DNA from: Eledone cirrhosa
Taxonomy: Eukaryota
Reading direction: 5' to 3'
Assembly: GCA_964016885.1 (NCBI GenBank)
Contig: OZ024750.1
Coordinates: 46,004,001 to 46,068,000, forward strand
DNA length: 64,000 nucleotides
Shown here: piece by piece, positions 33,847 to 49,494 of the stretch
Layout: each line of letters starts with the position of its first letter
Numbering within the stretch: the first letter of the stretch is position 1
The notes under the pieces: model-generated
Seen by the model: only the letters and a program-made list of their open reading frames with translations
Told to the model about the DNA's origin: nothing
The model's database searches: none
Position numbers and translations under genes: made by a program

Positions 33847-34325
33847 CAGTTGTCTTCCCGGTATTCTCGGGGGTTACGTTCCTAGAGCACCAGCTAAGTG
33901 TGAAAAACCGCGAATATTGGACGTGGTCCAAAAAAAATACCTTTAAACGTCAAAACCTCAGATATAAGCCGGCAAATACGGTACATCGTTATTATTAATT
34001 TAGAGGGACGGACGCCATGCTTTCCAGCATAGTTACGTCCCTTTACGATCTAAGTTCAAATCCCGCCGAGGTTGACTTTGCCTTTTATCCTTACGGGGTC
34101 GATAAAATAAAGTACCAGTAATGCACTGTGTAATTGCTGGCCTTGTGCCTAAAGTAGAAACAATTATTAATTTAGCGTTAAAAAGCGTGAAAAAATATAT
34201 ATTGCCACGAAAATAGCTATAAAAATCGCGGGAGATATTTACGATTCCGCGAATATGCGGTGGTTTCCACGTAACATTATTAATCAGGTTCTAAGCAAAA
34301 TTCCGCGAATACTAGGGATACACTG
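33847..34325. mobile_element. Tigger/pogo-like MITE
   Basis: TA-CAGT..CCCGGTATTCTCGG / CCGCGAATACTAGGG..ACTG-TA imperfect TIRs with a TA TSD. Confidence 0.7.
34004..34162 (+). mobile_element. 5'-truncated family A SINE with a 13-bp TSD, inserted in a MITE
   Basis: TSD ATTATTAATTTAG at 33991-34003 and 34163-34175. Confidence 0.85.
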
Positions 34326-34811
34326 TATATACAAAGACAAAGGAACCGTATATCACATAGTACTGTTCCAATAGTATTAATGTGAGTGCTCAGAATGTTT
34401 AATGTGTTAACGAGTTTCTCGATAACGCTCCTCACACGACTGAAGATTATTTATGAACATCACGAGGAAGTGACTGGCACAAACTCAGATCATAATATGT
34501 ACATGTGTGCGTGTGTGTATATACATATACATGTATGCGCGTGTGTGCGAGTATGACATCTATGATAGCCATGTAGAGTGGTTAAAACTATTTGTAGTTA
34601 TATGACTATGCCAAATCCGGCCATTAATCGCCTGTATGCACAAAACTGACTGGCCTATCTGCTCATATACACATCTGGCTGATCAGTGGGTCTGCTAATA
34701 TGCAGATCTGACTGATTAGTCAGTCTGCTGATAAGCAAATCAGGCCGATCAGTCACTGTATATTCCAGTAAATATCATATATTTTCACTAGCTCTGGCAG
34801 GTAAGTAGTAT

Positions 34812-34858
34812 ACGGTACTGATGAAAGGTAATCACCCAGAAACATTAGTGTCTGCCGT
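34812..34858 (+). ncRNA. Type I hammerhead motif, stem II partly decayed
   Basis: ACGGTA-CTGATGA-aaGGTaatcACCca-GAAA-CATTAGTG-TC-TGCCGT. Confidence 0.65.
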
Positions 34859-35021
34859 TTTGTTTATATGCCAACATAAGAGCAAGAATGATGAGTTTGA
34901 TCTACTGGCTTAAGAGGTTGTTTGCATAATTTCAAACGAATCGAATATTATTGTTAATATTCGAAAAACTCAGATTTACATTTCTTGTATTCAGCCATGT
35001 AGAGCGATAAAACTGTTTGTG

Positions 35022-35082
<61 letters not shown>

Positions 35083-35093
35083 AAAAAAATTCG

Positions 35094-35522
35094 AATTGGA
35101 GCTCTGAAATAGGAATATATATATGGATGTATATATAATGTATTTTGCAATACACTTTATGCTTAATTAAAAGCATTTTGAAGACCGTAAGCTATTGTTT
35201 TAAAGTAGTGACAAATTCACTTACTTTGATCTCAGCAAACAGGGGAGATAAGCCGACAAGTCTTGTTTCGATTTGGTTGAAGCTTATCAAGGCCAACTAC
35301 CCCTCCTGTCTACCGAGATCATTGATGTTATATTCTTATAGAAATCTAGTAAATAATCAGGAGCTGATTATGCAGAGCGGTTGTTGGTCAGGCAGAAATT
35401 AAAAATTAGAATTGGAGCTCTGAAATAGCAATATATATATGGATGTATATATAATGTATTTTGCAATACACTTTATGCTTAATTAAAAGCATTTTGAAGA
35501 CCGTAAGCTATTGTTTTAAAGT
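35094..35522 (-). repeat. ~113-bp direct repeats (35094-35206, 35410-35522) around an HHR; partial tandem terminal repeat
   Basis: AATTGGAGCTCTGAAATAG...TATTGTTTTAAAGT occurs twice, 316 bp apart. Confidence 0.85.
35251..35294 (-). ncRNA. Hammerhead motif, U3-A8 core variant
   Basis: Minus: GGCC-TTGATAA-GCTTCAACCAAATC-GAAA-CAAGACTTG-TC-GGCT. Confidence 0.6.
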
Positions 35523-35568
35523 TACAATAAAATAGCTCTAGGAAAGAGATTTTTCCGAGCCATATGTT

Positions 35569-36005
35569 ATAATTGAATATAAAAGAAAGATAAACACACA
35601 TATATACATATATGTGTTCAAATCATAAGGGACCAGATTCGCTAAGGTGAAAAAAAATACTAACTATGGACAATAGGGTTTGTCAGACTCAATTTAAGAA
35701 TAAATCAAGGAAATAAATACAAACTGGAATCGTGGTAACTACCAATCACCCAGACAGCGTTTGGCTATACTGTTTCGCAAATTAATTGTGAAGTGGAATA
35801 CCGATTCTTGCTCGTCAGTGGGTGAAGAATTAGTATCCTGGTCACTTCTAAGTAAATTAAAAACTGAATAGTGTGCGTATATATAATAACGCACATGGTT
35901 CCGGAACTTAGCGTGTCTCACAAACTCACACCACTAAAATGTGGTCCCTTACGATTTGAACACATTGTATATATCTGTGTTTCTCTTTCTTTTATATTCA
36001 ATTAT
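35569..36005. mobile_element. Element with ~65-bp imperfect terminal inverted arms enclosing a complete HHR
   Basis: ATAATTGAATATAAAAGAAAGA..TAAGGGACCA / TGGTCCCTTA..TCTTTCTTTTATATTCAATTAT. Confidence 0.75.
35746..35825 (-). ncRNA. Complete type I hammerhead ribozyme
   Basis: Minus strand: TCACCCA-CTGACGA-GCAAG...TTTGC-GAAA-CAGT(10 nt)GCTG-TC-TGGGTGA. Perfect 7-bp stem I, intact core, stem III and a GUC cleavage triplet. Confidence 0.88.
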
Positions 36006-36026
36006 ATATATATATATATTGGCACA

Positions 36027-36370
36027 TGGAGGCACATGGCTTAGTGGTTAGAGCATTGGCCTTGCAATCGAAAGGTTGTGAGTTAAATTCTCAGACCGGG
36101 TCATGTGTTGTTTCCTTGAGCAAGACAGTTTATTCACATTACTCCAGTTTACTCAGCTTTAGAAATGAGATGATAGGGACTGGGGTCCATATCATTCCAT
36201 TGCAACGCGGTCGTGGAGGTGCCGCGTCCCAAAACACCCAGCACTCACTGTAAATGAGGTTGGTGTCAGGAAGGGCATTCAGCTGTAGAAATCAAGCCAG
36301 AATCATTTCCTGTCCCACCCTTGCAAGCAGGGAAAAGTGGACGTAAAATGAAATGATGATGAAATGATGA
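36027..36370 (+). mobile_element. tRNA-derived SINE with a family B-like head and a different tail
   Basis: TGGCTTAGTGG head; tail GTCAGGAAGGGCATTCAGC...(ATG)n. Confidence 0.7.
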
Positions 36371-36486
36371 TATATGGGTGTGTGCATATATATACATATA
36401 TATATATAAAAATAAAAATAAATGTTTAAGCTTGTTGAATCCCAACAAATTAAATATAACCTCTGCATATATATATATATATGGAA

Positions 36487-36553
<67 letters not shown>

Positions 36554-36683
36554 GTTAGTCCTTCATCAGTGATCTTCCCACCATCATTGGTATTTCATCG
36601 CTTTAAAGACCATATACCTCCGGTTAGTGCGAGCAACGGCTAAAAAAAAGTCGTTGGGACACGTAAATAAAGGGGACACGAGA

Positions 36684-36754
<71 letters not shown>

Positions 36755-36755
<1 letters not shown>

Positions 36756-36943
36756 ACGAAGGAAATGTGGTAAGGAACCAGGTGGACCATAACGCACCAA
36801 AGTACTCAATACTTGAGGTAGTAGAGTGGGTAATAGGAACCAGTAAGACCCCGACAGCTGAGCTCAAGCCGTTTCGACGGCTAATTCTGGACAGAATTAG
36901 CCGTCGAAACGGCTTGAGCTCAGCTGTCGGGGTCTTACTGGTT

Positions 36944-36948
<5 letters not shown>
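36755..36948 (-). mobile_element. Penelope 3'-end remnant (family Z) with a perfect ~57-bp hairpin (36833-36948)
   Basis: Homologous to 30731-30865, downstream of the GIY-YIG ORF; flanked by (TA)n. Confidence 0.85.
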
Positions 36949-36996
<48 letters not shown>

Positions 36997-37439
36997 GTGT
37001 GTGCATAGAGAAAGAGGAAGAGGAAGCTAAGTAGGAAATATTGTTAGAATTGATCTGATTGTCAAAGCTGGAATAATATATATAATAAGAATAAGTTACA
37101 ATGATTGCTTGTCCATACAAAATGGTATATAATAAAGTCGTGTATACAATAAATTAGGAAGTTAGCCAGCTCATAAGGAGCAGAACCTGAACGATCAAGT
37201 CTAGGACAAATATCGAGGTTTTACTAGTCAATCAGAATTAAAATACAATATTCCCGTATCTTACGCGGTTAATGCATTTCCCACCTCCACCTTAATAAAA
37301 CGGAAACCGCGTATGTTGAAAATGCTCATACAAGAGTGTCTTTCAGGGTGCAGTATGCTTGGCTCTATGGAGGTTGTAGAAAACGATAGCTTTCCCTGAT
37401 ATTGTGTGATGTGGTTTCGTGCGAAACTACAAAATATAA

Positions 37440-37731
37440 GTAGTAGTATCAGCAGCAGCCTTAGTAGTAGTAGTAGTAGTAATTGTAGTAGTAGTAGTAG
37501 CAACAGCAGCAACAGCAGTAGTAGTAATAGTAGTAGCAGCAGCAGCAGTAGCAGCAGTAGCAGCAGCAGCAACAGCAGTAGTAGTAATAGTAGTAGCAGT
37601 AGCAGCAGTAGCAGTAGCAGCAGCAGCAGTAGCAGTAGTAGTAGTAGTAGTAGCAGTAGTAGTAGTAGCAGAGCAGCAACAGCAGTAGTAGTAATAGTAG
37701 TAGCAGCAGCAGCAGTAGCAGTAGCAACAGC

Positions 37732-37799
<68 letters not shown>

Positions 37800-37902
37800 C
37801 AGCAGCAGCAACAGCAGTAGTGGTAATAGTAGTAGCAGCAGCAGCAGTAGCAGCAGCAGCAGCAACAGCAATAGCAGCAGCAGCAGCAGTAGTAGTAGTA
37901 GC
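37440..37902. repeat. (GTA)n/(GCA)n tract
   Basis: Direct reading. Confidence 0.95.
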
Positions 37903-38284
37903 TAGCACACTAATATGTGTTATATATCTGTGTTACGTATTTCAATTTGTGAAGCGATAACAAAACAAAGGTTAGACAGCAACGCTTTACGGGTGTCTTT
38001 TCGGCCAAAGAAGCAGAGAAAATTTGACTTTCTTCTATGAAATAAGAACCGAAGAGTTAATGTCCACTACGGTTCTTTATTTCGTTCATCTTAAATGCAT
38101 CACTCCAACAGAGAGGGGGTCCGATTTGAAGCGCAAACTGGCAAATCAAGTGTAGTAGCAGTTTTATACGCGAAACTGCACTTCCAGCAAGGTGGCTAAA
38201 GAGGGGTAATTAATTTTTCCGTCTGTGTTATGCAACTGCTTGCATATTCAGCTGATTTATCTCTCTCTCTCTCTCTCTCTCTCT

Positions 38285-38320
<36 letters not shown>

Positions 38321-38446
38321 TAAAAAGGACGATTGATTATTCCTTCATTCATTTATTTATAGGTGACGCGCGTTTCGCTACTGATCAGCTCAAGGTTCGA
38401 TCTATATCAATCCTACCCGACTTAATAATCGGCAGTGACACCCACT

Positions 38447-38523
<77 letters not shown>

Positions 38524-38619
38524 GTTGTTAAACAATATTCGATGATTATGTCAAAGAATGAGTTTTACAGTAGATTGGAAGCCCTCAACGTGAAAAAAAA
38601 TAATTTTCAGGAGTTATTA

Positions 38620-38929
38620 ATATTAAATATAGGTATTAATAAAATAGATGTTCTTTTGATCAATTACATTTTATTATACATATTTCGGAGGTACAACAGT
38701 ACGTCCTCATCAGACAAAATATAATGATACATGACATACCCTGAGATGTTAAATAGTTAAGATTTAATCGACTACCTTGATTAAATCTTAACTATTTAAC
38801 ATCTCAGGGTATGTCATGTATCATTATATTTTGTCTGATGAGGACGTACTGTTGTACCTCCGAAATATGTATAATAAAATGTAATTGATCAAAAGAACAT
38901 CTATTTTATTAATACCTATATTTTAATAT
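38620..38929. repeat. Inverted repeat (~150-bp arms, 9-nt loop) with an HHR in each arm
   Basis: ...GTTAAGATTTAATC gactacctt GATTAAATCTTAAC... Confidence 0.95.
38827..38881 (+). ncRNA. Minimal type I hammerhead ribozyme (mirror copy at 38667-38721, -)
   Basis: TATTTTGT-CTGATGA-GGACGTAC tgtt GTACCTCC-GAAA-TATGTA-TA-ATAAAATG. Confidence 0.82.
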
Positions 38930-39139
38930 ATATATATATATATATATGTAGATAAATCTACCAAGAGTTTACGGTAGTGTCCAATCCGTATGAAGAACTC
39001 AATGTATTCCGGATATCATGGAAAGAAGAGATGTAATGAAAATCCAATTTCGGTGAAAGATAAACGGTATACAGAGTCAAGATAAAATATTAAACAAATA
39101 ATGAACAAACAATTCCTTATATTAAACAAAAAAAGTTCA

Positions 39140-39286
39140 CTATTTAACGATCGTTTCTAGGGCATATATGTGCTATAATTGGTATGCATATTTAACAGAT
39201 CTATGTACAAAATTATACAAAATTATACAAATTATCAAGATTAAATATACATACCTAACACATATATACGCCGTCTTCAGAAATAA
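39140..39286 (-). ncRNA. Hammerhead ribozyme with greatly extended stem II
   Basis: Minus: TTATTT-CTGAAGA-(~116-nt hairpin incl. GGTATGTATATTTAA/TTAAATATGCATACC)-GAAA-CGATCG-TT-AAATAG. Confidence 0.7.
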
Positions 39287-40058
39287 TGAAGTATATTTAT
39301 TGATAATAACAACAATTCAAAATATCAGTTCAAAATTGACCAATGAAAACACAAAGGGTTAAAAAGCAGTTTGGTGTGTGTATATACATGTAAAACCCTA
39401 CACACATTTTACAATAATGTGTGTATAATATGTATGTGCATACTAAAAAGATGGATGCAAATAAAAAATTTCAAGGTTAATATCTCTGTAAGCTTAATGC
39501 GCTGATAAGAAACGCAATGATACTTATGTAGTCAAGCATATAAATATATTTTTTTCATACTCACACATATCAGTATAATCACACATACATGTGCGTATAT
39601 ATATAAATATACACATAACCACGAACACACAAACACACACACACCCCCCACTCACATTTATATATGTGGATATAAAATCATAAGCAAATAGAAATTAAGT
39701 CACTCACATAAACACACTGGTACACACATTTCAAGATCAAGATACAGAAATTAGGTGGGAGGGGGGGGGAGGGGTCAGTATTAGGTTGTCAGACAGACAG
39801 CCTAATATAAATGTATCTATAAATTATGAAAAATAAAAAAATAAAAACAATAAAATATATTACATATAATATAATGTACATACGCATACAGATATACATA
39901 CACATACGTACATGTACGCACACATAGAGATATCTACACATACATACATACACACATACCTATACTGTCATACACACACATACATTTACACGAACATACA
40001 CATACACATATAAAAAGATAAAAATACGGACACACACACGCGCAACACATACACACAT

Positions 40059-40109
<51 letters not shown>

Positions 40110-40224
40110 TATACACACACACACATAGACTCATATATATATACATACACATACATATACTTATACATAAACATATATATCCCACACTCATACCACCATG
40201 AAAACACCTACAAACATCCAGATG

Positions 40225-40266
<42 letters not shown>

Positions 40267-40363
40267 AACATACACACACGTACACATATATGCATATATA
40301 CATACACATATACACACATACACATATACATATATATACACACACACATAAAATACAGACATG

Positions 40364-40394
<31 letters not shown>

Positions 40395-40490
40395 TTCATT
40401 ACCCTTATATATACACATAGTATATATACATACACAACCTCACTTATACACATATACACATAAGTTATATTACAATAATAATAAAGAATA

Positions 40491-40521
<31 letters not shown>

Positions 40522-40660
40522 TATACACACATATACACATATACATACATACACATACATATACATACATACATACACAAACATACATACACCTAAATAT
40601 AAACATATATAAATACACACATACGAATAAAGACATATATTCACACATAGACACCTATAT

Positions 40661-40704
<44 letters not shown>

Positions 40705-40794
40705 ATATACACACACATACACATACATACACATATATATATATATATACACATATATACACACGCACACACATACAGACACACATACACACTC

Positions 40795-40832
<38 letters not shown>

Positions 40833-42515
40833 GAGTGTGCGCAAATACATACATATATATACACACACACATACAAACACACACAAACACATACATATGC
40901 ATACATGCACACACACACACATATATCACATAGATACGAAGATAAACATATAAATAGAGAGACATACAAATATATACAGAACCCATATACACATACATGC
41001 AAACACGCATATACATATATACATATATACACACATATATATTCCTATATACAAGCATACACATACGCACACATATATACATATACCTACACATATATAT
41101 ACCACACATTCACATACACGTACATATATAATACATATATATACATACATATACATACATATGTATGTACAATCATATATACACACTCAATCTTACATTC
41201 ATATTTACATGCTCATATATGTATTTTTATATCTAGAAATAAATACCAAAAAAACTATATAGACACCCATCTACCCAAATTCATACATATACACTTACAA
41301 AAACAGATGATAATAGTATGGGGGAAAGGGGGGGGTTTGGAGAAGGGGATCAAAGTAAATATATGTTTCAAGAAACCTATAATATTTTCCATATCTTAAT
41401 TCAATGTATGTTCTTACATATTTTCAATGCTAGGAAATACGAAATCTATGCATCACAAAATAAAAAAGTATACCATTAATCATATGTCAACTAAACCAAA
41501 GATAGTCAACATATTGATTTCCAAGGTGTAAATTAGTTAGGTTTATAATATTTGAAGCAGAATTATGAAGTCAAACAGTAGTAGATTATTAATTACATTA
41601 TAACTAAATTAAAGTTAATAATAGGGAAAAGAAACCCAAATAAAAATAAAATAAAGTATTACATCGGTAGTAGCATATAAATTATATGTTAACTAAGTTA
41701 AAAATTATATATTTATTTCAATAGTATATGTTAATTAGTATATGTTAATTAGGTATACAATACATAAAGCAGATATTGTATTTCATCAATAGCATAATAT
41801 AATTATATGCAAATAAAAATCAAAATTAATACGCATACACATACATATACATACACATACACATACATATACATATACATACACATATATATATATATAT
41901 ATATACATATATATACACACATACATACATATATAGTCACATAAATATACATACAGATACACATACAATACACACATATACATATACATATAGATATACA
42001 TATCTTTTTCAAAAAATTTGCACAGAATATATTAACTAGGTATATATCCAAAAACACCTCCCATTCTATGATTACATGAAATTCTGCAATTCGTCTGTAC
42101 AAGGATACTAATTTTAAGCAAATTAAAATTAAAATTAAAGTTTTAGGTTGATTAAAGTTAAAACCAAATAATAAATATATTTCCAAAATGTATATTAATT
42201 AGGTCAATAATACTAAAAATTCTTTCTCCGTCATAGGATACATGATATTATTTTGTTATATTTTATCTGTAAAAGAATTATAATAAAAAAAATTTTATAA
42301 TAAAAGGTTAAACTAAATTAAAAAATTATAATAAAAGGTTAAAATAAGTTAAAATTAATCTATAAATTAAATTACTGAATATATATTAGTAATATTTAAA
42401 GGTTTTTCAAAATTAATGATTACATAATATTTTCTCATCTGTAATAAAATATTAATTAAATTAAATTTATAGGTTAACTAACATTTAAATTAAATTAAAT
42501 TCTAGAATAATGTTA

Positions 42516-44236
<1,721 letters not shown>

Positions 44237-44744
44237 GAGAGGGGGGAGAAGGGGATAAAATATGACTATTTCCGATTTAGCTATGTCTACGTTTGACTGA
44301 CGCCAATCGCAGGATACCTTTAGGTATGAGGAAATAAAAATTATATTTATATACGTATACATACACACACATATGCATACACATAAACATACATATATAC
44401 ATACGCACATAGATACACACCTAAAAACATACAAACATACACGCTAAATGCCTATATTTGTATGTTATGACCGATTATTTGTGAAAACCTTTGAATATAT
44501 GCTATATATGTGAATGGATACGTGTCTGAGAGTGTGTCCATATGTTTGCTGAACTATATGAATATGTGTTAATGTTTATACATGTGCGTGTATGACTGTA
44601 ATACTATACGTTTGTGTGGTACAATAGTCATATATATATATGTAATAAGCTTCGTGTAATGTGTTGCTTCAGGAACTACACAGCTTCTATATTTATGAAA
44701 TAATTTGTTTGTATGTACGTATGTATATATGTATATATACATAA

Positions 44745-45090
44745 GTATAGGGTTTGTCTGAGCATGGCAGGTCTAAAGAGTCACCTGAGAGTGCACAAGA
44801 ACAGGGAAGCAGGCACCTGTGGAGCTATAAATGGTCATCAGACGACGACATGTAATGTTTGTGGAAGGGTATGCAGGTCGAGTACTGATCTCACACGATA
44901 CCTTGGGTCACATGGTACCATGGGTCCAGCACTATGTGTCAATAATTGTCACAAGTGTCGTGTTTGTACCAGAGTTTTCAAGTCGCTGGCTGGACTAAAA
45001 ATCAACACATGTTCAGCGCATCGGTAGGGGTTCTCCTACATGGATATAAAGTAGTGGCCGTACTCGAAAACGAGTTGGCAGCCACCATAT
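44745..45090 (+). mobile_element. 3' end of an RTE-like LINE encoding tandem C2H2 zinc-finger remnants
   Basis: CLSMAGLKSHLRVH, CNVCGRVCRS..LTRYLGSH and [15 protein letters not shown], followed by the shared retroposon tail. Confidence 0.7.
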
Positions 45091-45106
45091 ATGTATATAA
45101 GTATAT

Positions 45107-45735
45107 GTCGGGTCACTCTTGAGTGCTACTGGTAACATCTAACCCAGTACAACCTGTCTCATGGTTGGGTCGTCGGCGACTAAACCGGCAACCCACCAAG
45201 TTTACTTGGTGAGGAGGGTGATTTTGGACACCCTGCAGGACAAAACCAAAATCTGAAAAAAGGGCGGAAGAACTCATAAGGGTCAACGGCACTCCAAAAG
45301 TGTGTAAATATGTATATACACATGTACATGTGTATGTATATGTATATGTGCACATACATGGGTGCATGTGTATGTATATACGCGGGGACATAGAAATAGT
45401 CGGGCTGGACATCCAATCACGCGGTTAAACCACTGTGAGTGAAGGACCCCTAGCCTTTCTCAGGGCATTTTTCTAGGAGTAGGCAACTCAGGAAACTGGG
45501 ATAACTCCGATAAAAAACCTGCGGCTCAGTAGTTACCAAGGATGTTGATCTTTTCTTCTTTTCAGGTTATAGCTAGTGTCTCTCAGAGAGTGGGATTGGC
45601 TCAGTGCACAGTCTTTCCTCACTTTAAAAAATATCTTCAGGCACAGGCATTGCACGATAGAATTAATTAATAATTATTAATAATGATATATCGTGCAATA
45701 GCCATACTTGATAACGAGGGGGCAGCCATCATCAT
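45107..45735 (+). mobile_element. Second non-autonomous RTE-related family (also 48340-48400 + 49020-49345)
   Basis: 5' region homologous to the 600-bp family; different interior; similar terminal GCCATACTTGATAACGAGGGGGCAGCCATC. Confidence 0.75.
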
Positions 45736-46227
45736 ATATGTACGTATGTATATATATGTGTATGTATATATATGAGTATGTATATAGGTGTGTATCCTGT
45801 ATATATCTCTCTTATTATGTGCATGTGTGCTTGTGTACATTCTTAGACTTATGCATATATGTGTATATGTAAATATATACACACACACACACACACACAC
45901 ATACATATACATATATATAAATGTAAGTATGTATGTCTATATGTATGTATGTATGTATATATATATGTGTGTATGTATATAGGTATGTAAGTTGGATATA
46001 TATCTCTTATTATGTACGTGTGTACATCTATAGATGTATGCATGTATGTCTATATGTAAACTACACACACACACATACATACACATATATATATAAATGT
46101 ATGTATGTATGTGTGTATGATATATATATACATATATGTATGTATATATATGTAAATACACACACACACATACACACATATATATAACTGTATGTATATG
46201 CGTATGATATATATGTGTGTATATATA

Positions 46228-46292
<65 letters not shown>

Positions 46293-46719
46293 TACATATA
46301 CACATATATACATATATCTATATATGTATATACGTATGTATGTATGTTCATGCGTACACATATACGTAAACGTATATGCACACATATATTTACACATTAT
46401 ATACATATGTGATGAGTGTTCTTGGGTGTATATAATTGTATATAAGCATGTCTGTGATAGCGTCCATGTTATTTGTATACTTGTACACGTGTATCCGTGT
46501 AGAATTATGTGTAAGTGTTGGTAATCTGTTTGTAGGATAATATTTGCTAAACTCAATTTACTGTCCGTTCGTCACACCATCCTATTGAGCGGCAGTAGCT
46601 TCTGTCGGCCATAAATAACCAAACATACCGTCTTACACAACACTAATTTACTTGCCGCAACATTAATTGAAGAAGTCTCTAGCTAATATTTGACCTACGT
46701 CCTGCTACAGTTAAATATT

Positions 46720-48205
46720 CACACCTACACACATATACGCACGTACATATACACATACGTACATATACACCCGTACATACGTACATATACACACGTACAT
46801 ACGTACATATACACATACGTACACACGTACATACGTACACACGTACACACGTACACACGTATACACTTACACACGTACATACGTACACATATACACACGT
46901 ACATATACACACATGTACACATCTACACACGTACTTATACACACACGTACATACGTACACACGTACATATACACATACGTACATACGTACATACGTGCAT
47001 ACATACATACGTACACACCTACACATATACATACATACATACACACGTACACACGTACATACGTACATACATACGCACACACGTACATACACACGTACAC
47101 ACGTACACACGTACACGCATACATACGTACACACGTACATATACACATACGTATATACATGCATACGTACACACGTACAAACGTACATACATACATACGT
47201 ACAAACGTACATACGTACACACGTACATACGTACACACGTACATACGTACATACGTACATATACACACACGTACATACGTACATACGTACACATGTACAT
47301 ACGTACATACGTATATACGTAACATACGTACACACGTTCATACGTACATACGCACACACGCACACACGCACGTACGCACGTACACACGTACACACGTACA
47401 TACGAACACACGTACATACGCATGTACGTACGTACATACGTGCACACGTACATACACACATGTACACACGTACATACATACATACGTACACTCGTACATA
47501 CGTACACACATACATACGTACACACGTACATACGTACACACACACAAACATACGTACATACATACATACATGACCACACAGGCACACACTGACACACACA
47601 CAGACACACACTGACACACACAGACACACACACACTGATGCACACACTAACACACACACTGACACACAAACTGACACACGCGACCAGACATCCACACACA
47701 AACACATACACACATACACACACACACTGACACACAGACACACTGACACACACACGACCACACAGACACACACACATACACACACACACTTGATCATTCA
47801 GACACCCACACAAACATACACAGACACAATCCCCCACACACGATAAAACCGACACACACATAGACACACTCATACACACAAACAGACACAGATACACATA
47901 CAGAAGCACACGCTCTCACACACACACATATATACACATATGACCAAACAGGCACACGCGCACATATACACAGACACTCACACACACAAACAAACATAAA
48001 TACACACACAGACACACTCACAAACACGGAGACACACTCACACACGCACAAATAAACATATGCGAACACACACACACACACGAACACATACATAGACAAA
48101 CACTCACACACATGCAAACAGGCACACACAAACATTCACACATACAGACATATACAATCAAACACATGAACACACACACAAACGTACACACACACACACA
48201 CACGC
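46720..48205. repeat. ACGT/ACAT/CA-rich low-complexity satellite
   Basis: Direct reading. Confidence 0.93.
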
Positions 48206-48408
48206 ATCAAACTTACTAGATGCCCTCATCTATTACATTATGAATTTCCTGTGAAGATACGTCGCTCAAATGTTAATGTGTTCCGCTCATGATTGCTGTG
48301 TCTTTGAGCAAAGCATATTATTTCATGTTGTACCCCTAATTTAAAACCTGACAAAGACGGAACAACTCATGAGTCAACGACTATCCAAACATATGTAAAT
48401 ATATATAT

Positions 48409-49013
48409 GGTGGCTGCCAACTCGTTTTCGAGTACGGCCACTACTTTATATCCATGTAGGAGAACCCCTACCGATGCGCTGAACGAGTGTGGCTTTTTAG
48501 TCCAGCCAGCGACTTGAAAACTCTGGTACAAACACTACACTTGCGACAATGATTGACACATAGTGCTGAGCCCATGGTACCATGTGACGACAAGTGCAGA
48601 GAGATCTCCAGATATAAAGCAATGCCTGTGCCGTGAAGCTTTTATAGTGAGCAAAGGCACTCCACAAAGCCAGTCCCACTCTCTTAACCAAGATGATATT
48701 TACCAAAAAGAAGAACAAGTCAACATCATTGGATACCATCAGGGTTGCAGGTGTTATATCAGAGTTTTCCTTCTCCTAGAATTCTGCCTTGACAGAGGCT
48801 AAGTGTCATATCTCCCGGTGATTTTGGATGGCCATTGACTCTTAAGAGCTCCTTTGCCCTTTGACAGGTTTTGTTTTTAGTCCTGCAGGATGTCCAAAGT
48901 CACCCTCCTCACCAAGAAGCCTTGGTGGGGTTGCCAGTTTAGTCGCCAACGACCCGACCATGAGACAGGTTGTACTGGGATACATGTTACCAGTAGCACC
49001 AACTGATGACCTG
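48409..49013 (-). mobile_element. Same family, nested inside a related element
   Basis: Matches 5156-5758; flanked by AAATATATATAT on both sides. Confidence 0.85.
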
Positions 49014-49392
49014 ACATAAAAATATATATATACATGAATACATATGTGTATATATGCCTGGGGACATAGACATATTCGGGCTGGATACCCGATCACGCGG
49101 TTTAACCACTAGGAGTGAAGGACCCCTAGCCTTTGTCAAGGCATTCTTCAAGGAGATGGCAACTCAGGAAACTGGGATGACTCTGACATAAAACCTGCGG
49201 CTCAGTAGTTACCGATGATGTTGATCTTTTCTTCTTTTCGGGTTATAGCTACCGTCACTCGCTTTTTTTTTAAAACTTCACGCACAGGCATTGCACGATG
49301 GCATTAACTGAAAAGTATTAATAATGTTATATCGTGCAATGGCAAATAGATAGATAGATAGATATATAGATAGATAGATAGATAGATAGATG

Positions 49393-49434
<42 letters not shown>

Positions 49435-49494
49435 AATAATACGTGTAAATTTATAAAATGTTTCCTTAGAATATAATGGTTATCGTGTTTCATC

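Noticed and set aside
45107-45200. HDV-like ribozyme at the 5' end of the RTE-derived elements
   Set aside because: A P4-like hairpin plus CTAA is present, but I could not build consistent P1/P3 pairings across copies by eye; it needs a descriptor search.
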